Source: an uncultured bacterium (GTDB lineage Bacteria > Patescibacteriota > Dojkabacteria > SC72). Taken from it: 64,000 nt of DNA. This document shows positions 55,597 through 64,000 of this stretch, piece by piece (position 1 is the first letter of the stretch; each line of letters starts with the position of its first letter). Location of the stretch: the NCBI GenBank assembly GCA_903906305.1, contig CAIVJR010000003.1:58875-122874 (forward strand). The letters are read 5' to 3'. The notes under the pieces are model-generated. The model worked only from the letters and a program-made list of their open reading frames with translations. It had not been told where the DNA came from and ran no database searches. The position numbers and the translations under genes are program-made.

Positions 55597-58404
55597 ATGA
55601 CAGACGAAGAGCAAAAAAAGAAAATATTAGAGATTGCAGAAGAAGAGACTCCAACCACAGAGGAAACTCCTGCTGCAGAAGCTGAAGAAATAGTTCCAGA
55701 ACCAGAGGATGATAATGGGGAGATAAACTTTAGTCTTTCATTCAAACCAGGAGAAATAGCAGAAAGATCCATTGTTGATGAAATGAAAGCCAACTACATC
55801 GACTATTCTATGTCCGTCATTGTCTCTCGTGCATTACCAGAAGTAAAGGATGGACTCAAACCATCACAAAGAAGAATACTTGTGGCTATGAACGATTTAG
55901 CCCTGACACCAAGTGCACACTACAGAAAATGTGCAAAGATCGCAGGAGACACTTCAGGTAACTACCATCCTCACGGAGAAGCAGTAATATATCCTACATT
56001 GGTTAAATTAGCACAAGATTTTTCAACTAGATATCCTCTAATTGATGGGCAAGGAAACTTCGGTTCAATCGACGGCGATATGGCAGCAGCAATGAGATAC
56101 ACAGAAGCCCGAATGGGAAAGATCTCAATGGAGCTAATGAAAGACCTTAGCAAGGGAACCGTAACCTTCATGCCAAACTATGATGGTACAAGATTGGAAC
56201 CAACTGTTTTACCAGCAGCATTTCCAAATGTATTAGCCAACGGTGGAGATGGTATCGCAGTAGGTATGGCAACTAAAATGCCACCTCACAACCTCAAAGA
56301 ACTAATCAATGGATTACAAGCAATGATTAAGCTTGGGAATACATGGGAAGGGAATGCCATTTACAATGAACTGCGAAAAGCAAAAGAAGCAGGAGAGATA
56401 ATTCCAAGAACATTAAACTCAAAACCTGAAGACTATCTTGAAAATTACGTTGATACAAACGATTTGGGCTTTTTAGAAAAAATTAAGACCCTAAGAGAAA
56501 AAATAGCTACAGACAATAATGTATTGTATCCTGATTTTAAATCTGAGATTTCTCCATTGGATTTAATCGAAATAATTCCTGCTCCAGATTTCCCAACAGG
56601 AGCAACCATCTATGATCAAAAAGAAATATTAAATGCATACGCAACAGGTAGAGGAAGAGTATTACAAAGAGCAAAAGCATCAATAGTAGAGGGACATCAA
56701 GGAAGATTCAACATTATCGTTACCGAAATACCATTCCAAGTAAACAAGGCACACATGATTGAAAGAATGGCAGATCTTGTAAAAGAAAAGAAATTGGAAG
56801 GTATTGCAGATATCCGAGATGAATCTAGTAGAGAAGGACTGAGAGTCGTAATCGTCTTAAAACGGGAAGCACAACCAAAGGCAGTATTAAACAAGCTCTA
56901 CAAATATACTGAAATGCAAAAAGTATTCAATATGAATATGATTGCATTAGTAGAACAACAGCCAAAAACATTACCATTAAAGAGAATCTTAGAACTATTC
57001 TTGTCCTTTAGAATGACCGTTACCATTCGTAGATATGAATTTGATTTAGCAGAAGCAAGATTCAGAGCACACATCTTAGAGGGCTTACTAAAAGCCTTGG
57101 ATATGCTTGATGAGGTAATTGCTACAATTAGAGGGTCAAAGACTCAAGAAACAGCGAAAACAAATTTAATGGACAAGTTCAAATTCACAGAAGTACAAGC
57201 ACAAGCAATCTTGGATATGCAATTAAGAAGATTAGCCGCACTAGAAAAGATGAAACTAGAGAATGAGTACAAGGAATTACAAGAAAATATTAAGACATAC
57301 AATGACATTTTGGAAAATCCGGCTAGAATACTCGAAATTGTAAACTCCGATTTAGAAGAGGTAAAAGAGAAGTACGGGGACGAAAGAAGATCCAAGGTAA
57401 TTAAGGGTAAGATTGATGAAATCTCAGAAGAAGATATGGTTGCGTCAGAAGATATGTTAGTAACCATAACCCATTCTGGATATATCAAGAGGTTGACACC
57501 TGATACATACAAAGCACAAAAGCGAGGTGGGAAGGGTGTCTCTGGTGGAGACACTAAGGAAGGCGATTTCATTGAACATGCATTCCTATGTAATACCCAT
57601 GATGAGCTTCTACTCTTCACCAATAGAGGAAAAGTCTTCAACCTTAGAATCTTCGAAATTCCAGAATATGGTAGAACTGCAAAGGGATTACCTTTGGTAA
57701 ATCTTGTACAGTTAGAACCAGAAGAAATAATTACATCCGTCTTAACAAGAGATCCAAAGGGAGCAATTAAAGAACAACAAACAAGTGGCGAGGCAGTTGC
57801 TTACGAATTCTTCTTAATGGTAACAGAGAAGGGCATAATCAAAAAAACTGAGCTATCTGAATTTGCAAAGATTAGATCTAATGGACTAACAGCCATAAAG
57901 CTTGAGATTGGTGACTCATTAGCATGGGTCAAACCAACCACAGGTAAAGATGAAGTCTTGATTGTAACTGCAGAAGGGAAGTCTGTAAGATTTAAAGAAT
58001 CTGATGTAAGACCAATGGGTAGAAATACAAGAGGTGTTACAGCTATTAAGTTTAAATCTACTACAGATTGTGTAGCGGGTATGGGTATAGTTAAAAACGA
58101 CGATATGATGGTATTGACTCTCTCTGAAAATGGCTTTGGTAAAATGTCTGTACTTAAGGAATATCCAACTCAAAAAAGAGGTGGTACTGGAGTATTTACA
58201 TTTAGAGTAACTCCTAAGACTGGAAAGATCTCTACAGCGAGAATCATAGAGCCAGAACAAGAAGAGATTGTCGTCATATCCGAGAAGTCTAAGGTCATAC
58301 GTTCAGAACTCAAAACAGTTCCAAAACTTGGAAGACAAACCTCAGGTGTAAAGATTATGAATATTGGTGGAGATGATAGGGTAGCGACAGTGGCTTTACT
58401 TTAA
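55597..58404 (+). CDS. gyrA: DNA gyrase subunit A (acidic N-terminal tail, and a ~65-aa insertion in the N-terminal domain)
   Basis: YSMSVIVSRALPEVKDGLKPSQRRIL, the active-site Tyr region AAMRYTEARMGKIS, and C-terminal beta-pinwheel repeats. Extra sequence sits between MPPHNLKELINGLQAMI and PAPDFPTGA (nt ~56330-56578). Confidence 0.95.
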   Translation: MTDEEQKKKILEIAEEETPTTEETPAAEAEEIVPEPEDDNGEINFSLSFKPGEIAERSIVDEMKANYIDYSMSVIVSRALPEVKDGLKPSQRRILVAMNDLALTPSAHYRKCAKIAGDTSGNYHPHGEAVIYPTLVKLAQDFSTRYPLIDGQGNFGSIDGDMAAAMRYTEARMGKISMELMKDLSKGTVTFMPNYDGTRLEPTVLPAAFPNVLANGGDGIAVGMATKMPPHNLKELINGLQAMIKLGNTWEGNAIYNELRKAKEAGEIIPRTLNSKPEDYLENYVDTNDLGFLEKIKTLREKIATDNNVLYPDFKSEISPLDLIEIIPAPDFPTGATIYDQKEILNAYATGRGRVLQRAKASIVEGHQGRFNIIVTEIPFQVNKAHMIERMADLVKEKKLEGIADIRDESSREGLRVVIVLKREAQPKAVLNKLYKYTEMQKVFNMNMIALVEQQPKTLPLKRILELFLSFRMTVTIRRYEFDLAEARFRAHILEGLLKALDMLDEVIATIRGSKTQETAKTNLMDKFKFTEVQAQAILDMQLRRLAALEKMKLENEYKELQENIKTYNDILENPARILEIVNSDLEEVKEKYGDERRSKVIKGKIDEISEEDMVASEDMLVTITHSGYIKRLTPDTYKAQKRGGKGVSGGDTKEGDFIEHAFLCNTHDELLLFTNRGKVFNLRIFEIPEYGRTAKGLPLVNLVQLEPEEIITSVLTRDPKGAIKEQQTSGEAVAYEFFLMVTEKGIIKKTELSEFAKIRSNGLTAIKLEIGDSLAWVKPTTGKDEVLIVTAEGKSVRFKESDVRPMGRNTRGVTAIKFKSTTDCVAGMGIVKNDDMMVLTLSENGFGKMSVLKEYPTQKRGGTGVFTFRVTPKTGKISTARIIEPEQEEIVVISEKSKVIRSELKTVPKLGRQTSGVKIMNIGGDDRVATVALL

Positions 58405-58414
58405 GAGTCGAAAG

Positions 58415-58789
58415 CTATTTATATCGATCCTTGCCTTTATCTAAAAGCATATTAAATGTATTGGTTTTATCTTCTTGAACCTTTATCTTTGCAGAGAGAA
58501 GACTTAGCTTAGACCAAATATTCTCAATTGAAAGGCTCATTCTTTCTACATTACCTTCTACAGATATAAGTCTAAGATTTATGTCTTTTAGCAAGGTAGT
58601 GTGAAGCGCAACTACTTCAACAATGTTATCAAGCCTTCTTTCTATCTCTGCAAACTTTTTATCATGATTCTTTAAGATTCCCTCTACGATATGCAGCCTC
58701 TGCTCAACAGCATCCAGCCTTAGTTCTATATGATCAAACTTCGGCTGTAATAATTCTTCAATTTTCTTTAAATCCTCTTTTGTAAGCAT
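58415..58789 (-). CDS. Hypothetical coiled-coil protein
   Basis: 124-aa ORF with heptad-like E/K/L-rich sequence. Confidence 0.4.
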   Translation of the reverse strand: MLTKEDLKKIEELLQPKFDHIELRLDAVEQRLHIVEGILKNHDKKFAEIERRLDNIVEVVALHTTLLKDINLRLISVEGNVERMSLSIENIWSKLSLLSAKIKVQEDKTNTFNMLLDKGKDRYK

Positions 58790-58814
58790 ATATATATATT
58801 GTAAATGTTAAATC

Positions 58815-59018
58815 TTACAAAATCCTTACAATTTTAAAATCTTTTACAGCACCATTTTCAACAGAGGCAATCGTCTCCTTGTAGAGTTGATCATATGTTA
58901 ACCCTATTGGATACTTGATTTTGTTCTTCTCCAATTGCTTAATCAGATGCTCCAACTTAACATTCATCTTTTCCATGTTAAGAGCCATTTTGTTAATATC
59001 CATGATGTTGATATTCAT
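58815..59018 (-). CDS. Hypothetical small protein
   Basis: 67-aa ORF in the same orientation as 58415-58789. Confidence 0.3.
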   Translation of the reverse strand: MNINIMDINKMALNMEKMNVKLEHLIKQLEKNKIKYPIGLTYDQLYKETIASVENGAVKDFKIVRIL

Positions 59019-59131
59019 AATATTTCTCCTAACAATTTATATATATCCTAAGTATATCCCTTTGAAAATATATTTCATGACCTAAAATATGATATACACA
59101 TCTTGTAATATTTTTAGGATATAATGGTGGA

Positions 59132-59926
59132 ATGAAAACTACATTTTTAGCAGTTATTGCTTTCCTATCTACATCTTTGAGGCTTACACCTGATTCAGCG
59201 ATAGCCATAGCACAGAAGAATGAGGATAAAAGGAATCTTCCCATTAACCAACAGATTGTTGAATATACACAAAGTACAGAGATTAAACCTTCTGTAATAT
59301 CTACTTCTAATACAGCTAAGTGGTGGAGATATACCAAGGAGATTAAACCTGCAACTAGATCTGGTGATGACCAATTAGTACTTGTAAACAAGGAATATCA
59401 GCTACCACAGTCATATGCTCCAAGTGATTTGGTACTTGCGAGTAATGCGGGGATCAGGAAGGGGAGTGGTTACTATCTAAGAAATATACTAATCAATGAT
59501 CTAAGGAATTTGGTTAATGCCGCAGTCGCGGATTCCATAGACCTAAGTATTGTATCTGGCTATCGTTCATACAACACTCAAGTGGCTACATACAATCATT
59601 GGGTCAGTATAAACGGAGTAGATGGGGCAGATAAAATATCTGCTAGACCAGGGCATAGCCAACATCAGTTGGGGACCGCAGTAGACTTTAGTAGTAGTGA
59701 GGTTGCCGATGGATTAGGTGGAAGCTTTTACACAACAAGAGCCGCAGCATGGTTATATGCTAATTCTTGGAAATATGGTTTTGTAATTAGCTATCCTAGC
59801 GGATATGAGAGTACAACAGGATATAGCTATGAGAGTTGGCATTACAGATATATTGGGGTAGCTAATGCACAAGAGATGCATGGTAGTGGTATGATTTTAG
59901 AGGTATATTTAGACAGTAAGAATTAA
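59132..59926 (+). CDS. Peptidase M15B (VanY-like D-Ala-D-Ala carboxypeptidase) family protein
   Basis: Signal/TM N-terminus. SGYRSY, RPGHSQHQLGTAVDF and SWHYRYIG are the M15B zinc-ligand/catalytic motifs. Confidence 0.85.
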   Translation: MKTTFLAVIAFLSTSLRLTPDSAIAIAQKNEDKRNLPINQQIVEYTQSTEIKPSVISTSNTAKWWRYTKEIKPATRSGDDQLVLVNKEYQLPQSYAPSDLVLASNAGIRKGSGYYLRNILINDLRNLVNAAVADSIDLSIVSGYRSYNTQVATYNHWVSINGVDGADKISARPGHSQHQLGTAVDFSSSEVADGLGGSFYTTRAAAWLYANSWKYGFVISYPSGYESTTGYSYESWHYRYIGVANAQEMHGSGMILEVYLDSKN

Positions 59927-59948
59927 GTAAGTTATTTATAATGAAAAT

Positions 59949-60590
59949 ATGGGAAAGAGAGAGTTTTTTAAAAGATTTTCAGATTACTATGCGACGTTAG
60001 GGATTTTTGCTCTATTAATTGCAATCATTCTAATATTAATCCCTGCTGCGCCATATGTTGTTTACAAGTTACTACCATCTGAAACAAAGAACGAGGCTAC
60101 AAAAATAGCTACCCCCTTGATGGAAGATGGCTCAATAAATGTAGAAGAAAACACTAAAGTTTGGCCAGCTCAAGATCTTTCATTACCAAAGACCCTTTTT
60201 GTTACAATGGATAAGATTGAAGTATTTTCACCAATATCGACAGATTCAGACTACATAACTGCATTAAAAAATGGAGCTTGGTTAGTACCGGAGTATGGAA
60301 CACCCATGAATGAAAAGAAACCTATTATAATTGCAGCACATCGTTTTGGTTATTTATATTGGGATGATGCTACAAGAAAACAAATTTCTTTTTATAATCT
60401 TCCTAAGATGAAGGTCGGGGATACCATTGATATCATTTGGGATCAAAGAGTATTTAAATATGAAATATTTAAAGAAGAAGAAAAAACATATATTACTGAT
60501 TACTCCGCAGACCTTATCCTATATACTTGTAAATATTTTGAGTCTCCAATAAGAATATTTAGGTATGCTAGATTAATTAATACTTTGTAG
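59949..60590 (+). CDS. Sortase family transpeptidase (second copy)
   Basis: N-terminal TM. Catalytic His in IIAAHRFG. ILYTCKY (TLxTC-type Cys). A downstream Arg (IRIFRYAR). Confidence 0.7.
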   Translation: MGKREFFKRFSDYYATLGIFALLIAIILILIPAAPYVVYKLLPSETKNEATKIATPLMEDGSINVEENTKVWPAQDLSLPKTLFVTMDKIEVFSPISTDSDYITALKNGAWLVPEYGTPMNEKKPIIIAAHRFGYLYWDDATRKQISFYNLPKMKVGDTIDIIWDQRVFKYEIFKEEEKTYITDYSADLILYTCKYFESPIRIFRYARLINTL

Positions 60591-60692
60591 TCTCACCATA
60601 TCCCTCCCGCGTACGTAGTCCTATAGTATTGACGTATTCTCAAATTATTGCTATAATGTAGGCGTAATAAATTAAATTCTTATTCACTAATT

Positions 60693-60923
60693 ATGAAGAA
60701 GATACAAAATATATTACTTAGCACTTTGACATCGTTAACAATCCTATCCGTAAATGCTGTTTCAGTATTTGCAGATGGTGGAGACCCATATGTACCACAT
60801 AAACCTATTGATACAGGTTTCGCAGATCTAGAAACAATAGTTCTTGTTGGTATCGTATTATATGCTGTAGGTGTTTCATTTATAGCATTCTCTCAGTTAA
60901 TGAAGAACAAGTTTGTAAAGTAA
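60693..60923 (+). CDS. Tiny secreted protein with a sorting-signal-like C-terminus
   Basis: 76 aa. Signal peptide (..SVNAVSVFA|DGG). A short mature segment containing PHKPIDTGF, then a TM helix and a basic tail KNKFVK. A strong terminator follows. Confidence 0.55.
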   Translation: MKKIQNILLSTLTSLTILSVNAVSVFADGGDPYVPHKPIDTGFADLETIVLVGIVLYAVGVSFIAFSQLMKNKFVK

Positions 60924-60934
60924 TAAACAGATAA

Positions 60935-60959
60935 AGACCCTCGAAAGAGGGTCTTTTTG
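60935..60959 (+). terminator. Rho-independent terminator
   Basis: AGACCCTC-GAAA-GAGGGTCT followed by TTTTTG. Confidence 0.8.
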
Positions 60960-60992
60960 TTTAATTATTCTCTTTTGTGCTAAAATTACACC

Positions 60993-62597
60993 ATGATAAA
61001 CTGCCTAAAGAGAAACCTCTCTATACTAATTGTTGCGATTCTTGCATTAGGATTAATAATTCTTAATGTTAAGTTGAATTTCATAATAATGGGAGCAGAT
61101 AATGCCTCTCCATACTTTAACCCAATACAGATATTAAGTAGGATAAAAGATACCTCCGCGGTCATATTTGGTGGGATTGTATTTCAAGTTCCTTTCCTAC
61201 AAACGTTGAAGCTAATTGGATTAAATCCAGAAATCATTTCAAATATATACGTATTTTCAAACTTCTTTTTTGGAGTTATTGGAATTGCATTAATAATACG
61301 AAAACAAACACATAACTTCTGGGCTACAATATTAGGTTCTTTAATATTCATCACCAGTCTCTTTACCTTCTTCATATTCTCGCAACCAAACTTCCTCTTC
61401 ATCGCCGCCTATGGTTCCATTCCAATGCTCATTTACATACTCTCAAGAAACAAACTTAATTGGTACCATTGGGTATTACTTGTTCTCTTTTCCATATCAT
61501 TCCTTACAACTACACTAAATATTGTTGCTTTTGGACTATATTGGTTCCAAGTACTTGTGCTTTCACAAATCCTTGTTAAAGACAAGAATCTTTGGAAAAG
61601 AAACCTACTGTGGGGAATAGGTATAGTTTTAGTCTGGTTGGCGACAATCCAATCAATCATGATGATTAACGGAGATTACAAACTCTTCATTGTGAATATA
61701 TATAACTACACACAAGATCTTTTAACCAATGCATATATGTCCACTGTTACATCGGGGATTCTTGCTTCTGAAAAGACTAATTCACTTGTTAGAACTTTCC
61801 AGTTTGCACTTGGGTGGATGGAATTACATAACTCAAGCAATCAACCAATTTTTGAATTCTATTCCACATACAGAGAGAATATACTTTATACCATACTCGG
61901 TATAGTTCCATTCTTACTATCATTGTTAATAATAGTATTTAAAAAGAGTAAAAAGTATTTGCTTCTCCTTTTGGTTCTTTTTCTTTTTGTATTAGCATCC
62001 AGTGGAGTAGGGATGTCCATAATTGAAAAAATACCATACCTAAGTAGTGGATTAAGATGGGCATCAAGTAAGCTATGGCCTATGTATGTGATACCAATAA
62101 CAATATTATCAAGTGTAGTAATAGCAGAAATTATAAAAGGTAAAAAACTTCTCTCTAAGTTGGTATTTTTAATCCCACTGGTAGCCATACTTGGTATATA
62201 CAGCTATCCTATACTAAATGGGCATTTGATCTCTCAAAAAGTACTCGTAAATGTACCTACTGAATACTACAATCTTCCTACTGACTCTAAAATATTAGTA
62301 TTACCTCATCCTCAGAAGTTATACATGCGAGATTTTGAATGGGGATACTATGGTTCGGATTTCCTTTCATATCTCAATAGTTCTCAAATAGTTGATGGTG
62401 CAAATATGTATGAATATGCAACAGAATATGAGCAGATATTAGAAAGTGGGATTATTCCATCTGATATCCATTATGTTATGTACAACACATCTGCAGAGAT
62501 TAACCTTGATAATGATTTAAAACGAAAAAGTCTAGAACTCATTAAAGATCTAAAACCTCTTAATTCAAACCAGTATTTTACACTCTATGAAAAATAA
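60993..62597 (+). CDS. Large polytopic membrane protein (possibly a GT-C-like glycosyltransferase or polymerase)
   Basis: 534 aa with about 12 or more hydrophobic helices and a C-terminal soluble domain. Sits immediately upstream of a GT4 gene. Confidence 0.5.
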   Translation: MINCLKRNLSILIVAILALGLIILNVKLNFIIMGADNASPYFNPIQILSRIKDTSAVIFGGIVFQVPFLQTLKLIGLNPEIISNIYVFSNFFFGVIGIALIIRKQTHNFWATILGSLIFITSLFTFFIFSQPNFLFIAAYGSIPMLIYILSRNKLNWYHWVLLVLFSISFLTTTLNIVAFGLYWFQVLVLSQILVKDKNLWKRNLLWGIGIVLVWLATIQSIMMINGDYKLFIVNIYNYTQDLLTNAYMSTVTSGILASEKTNSLVRTFQFALGWMELHNSSNQPIFEFYSTYRENILYTILGIVPFLLSLLIIVFKKSKKYLLLLLVLFLFVLASSGVGMSIIEKIPYLSSGLRWASSKLWPMYVIPITILSSVVIAEIIKGKKLLSKLVFLIPLVAILGIYSYPILNGHLISQKVLVNVPTEYYNLPTDSKILVLPHPQKLYMRDFEWGYYGSDFLSYLNSSQIVDGANMYEYATEYEQILESGIIPSDIHYVMYNTSAEINLDNDLKRKSLELIKDLKPLNSNQYFTLYEK

Positions 62598-63702
62598 TAT
62601 CGTCATAATGGCTTGGAGAGATATCTGGCATCCAGAGAAGGGTGGCGCTGACATATATATCCAAAGGGTAGCTACATACCTTAAGAACAGAGGTTTCAGT
62701 GTTATCTACCTTACAGCCATGTACAATGGTGCAAAGAAGGAAGAGGTAAGAGATGGAATTAAATATATTAGAATGGGAAATCCAATATCAATATATTTAC
62801 TTCTACCTCTGTATTTCATCTTTAAACTTAAGGATTCTACAAAACTATTAATTGAGAATTTCAATGCGGTTCCATTCAATATTCCAATATATTTCGATAG
62901 GAATATTACCGTAATACATCATCTCCAGGATGAAGAATGGAGATTAAAATATGGCAAATTTTTAGGTAAAATGCTCCATTTTATCTTTACCAATATGTTG
63001 GTCAGAAATTACAAGCGTGAGAAATATCTTGTAACCGTTTCACCATCTTCAAGAACTGAATTAATAGACAACGGATTCTCATCGAACAACATCTCTATTG
63101 TCTACAACGGAATAAATACTAAGGTTAACGCTAAAGCAGAGAAAGATAACTCCGTCATAAAGATACTCTCCCATGGAAGAATGCCTCGAACAAAGCATAT
63201 TGATAAAGCTATTAGATTGATTAATTACACAGTAAAAAAGCTTGGGATAAAAAATATTGTACTTAAAATATCGGGAAGAGGTGCTGATGAAGAGAGATTA
63301 AAGGGATTAGTCAAAAAATATCAGCTTGAAAACTACGTAAAATTTTTGGGCTATGTAAGTGATAGGGAAAGAGCAAGATTATTTGAAGAAGCTCACTTAC
63401 ATGTACAATTCTCGCGAAAAGAAGGGTGGGGAACAACAGTATTAGAAGCATCTTCTAAGCGTACTCCAACTATTTGTTTCCCTGTACAAGGGTTAAGAGA
63501 TAGCGTAAAAGATAGTACAGGATATCTGGTTAGAGGATCATTGAGAGAAACCTGGAAACAAGCAATACATGATATTCAAAGCAACAATCAGAACTATGTA
63601 TCCAAACAAGATGCTGGTGTTATGTGGTCCTCACAATTTATATGGAGAAACCAGATGGAACACTTTGGAGAGATAGTTAGAAAAGCTTTAGTAAAGTATT
63701 AA
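62587..63702 (+). CDS. Glycosyltransferase family 4 (GT-B fold)
   Basis: C-terminal EGWGTTVLEASSKRTPTICFPVQGLRDSV contains the E-x7-E motif characteristic of GT4 retaining glycosyltransferases. Confidence 0.8.
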   Translation: MKNNIVIMAWRDIWHPEKGGADIYIQRVATYLKNRGFSVIYLTAMYNGAKKEEVRDGIKYIRMGNPISIYLLLPLYFIFKLKDSTKLLIENFNAVPFNIPIYFDRNITVIHHLQDEEWRLKYGKFLGKMLHFIFTNMLVRNYKREKYLVTVSPSSRTELIDNGFSSNNISIVYNGINTKVNAKAEKDNSVIKILSHGRMPRTKHIDKAIRLINYTVKKLGIKNIVLKISGRGADEERLKGLVKKYQLENYVKFLGYVSDRERARLFEEAHLHVQFSRKEGWGTTVLEASSKRTPTICFPVQGLRDSVKDSTGYLVRGSLRETWKQAIHDIQSNNQNYVSKQDAGVMWSSQFIWRNQMEHFGEIVRKALVKY

Positions 63703-64000
63703 TAAAAATATCACTATTAATATTCCAAATATAAAGAGGAATATAGAGAACATGTTATCAATACCCACAAACCAAATCTCAGATGTCTGATTATACACAG
63801 ATACATTTTTAAAAATATTGGTATTTAAGAAGCTATCTCCCTTTCTGGATATTAAAAAGTCCGAGTTATAGTTACGTAAATACAGACTAGAGCTACTCAA
63901 GCAGTTTGTCTCCAGAGTAAGCTTAGGTATTAATCCTGTTGTGTACCCATATGATGATATATCACAATTATCCTTGTATATAGATAGTTTTGTAGAATTC

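Noticed and set aside
63688-64000. 70-aa minus-strand ORF and the remaining 300 nt at the window end
   Set aside because: It is too short, lacks motifs, and overlaps the GT4 stop. Any real gene here would extend beyond the window and cannot be assessed.

Overview
Low-GC, tightly packed bacterial chromosome segment. The gene content looks like Patescibacteria/CPR or a similar reduced monoderm-like lineage: sortases, type IV pilus genes with no secretin, and a few atypical enzymes. The standard genetic code appears to be in use. Contents, in order:

- **1-6405 (+):** the 3' part of a giant extracellular repeat protein (more than 2132 aa, truncated at the window start). It is built from FN3-like ~115-aa modules, DUF2341-like and phage-tail-collar-like (MdpB-like) domains, and glycine-rich low-complexity blocks. 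These are arranged as two near-identical ~2.36-kb tandem super-repeats plus a partial third copy.
- **6425-13832 (+):** housekeeping genes rsmD, thrS-infC-rpmI-rplT and pheS-pheT.
- **13842-21269:** a class A PBP (-), hisS (+), an atypical OmpR-type regulator (+) and mutS (-).
- **21342-24448:** a small accessory-looking block: a hypothetical gene, a divergent UDG-superfamily gene, an alpha/beta hydrolase, a ~450-bp AT-rich intergenic region full of TTGCTGA/TCAGCAA palindromes, and a small well-SD-ed ORF.
- **24558-30102:** a PEP-utilising-enzyme-like protein whose phospho-His position reads Asp, an AI-2E transporter, and an Ig-like surface protein with a C-terminal sorting-signal-like tail next to a sortase.
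- **30141-32348:** tig-clpP followed by a non-ClpX ORF.
- **32376-34322:** tRNA-Val, then a three-gene set (hypothetical / pentapeptide-repeat protein / NADAR-domain protein).
- **34314-40566:** dus, a membrane-anchored ClpA/B-family ATPase with a small membrane partner, then rpmF-nusB-rnc-rpsP-KH.
- **40563-52266 (-):** a complete secretin-less type IV pilus locus: pilO-pilN-pilM, a CheY-like regulator, four minor pilin-like genes, pilD, a major pilin, pilC, a PilT with a long N-terminal extension, and pilB.
- **52368-58404 (+):** a holB-like gene, gyrB, an unknown 182-aa ORF wedged between gyrB and gyrA, and gyrA.
- **58415-63702:** two small antisense coiled-coil ORFs, then a cell-envelope cluster: M15B peptidase, a second sortase, a tiny secreted/anchored protein, a large polytopic membrane protein and a GT4 glycosyltransferase.

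No CRISPR array, integrase or transposase is visible. All calls rest on motif-level reading of the supplied translations and have not been checked against databases.
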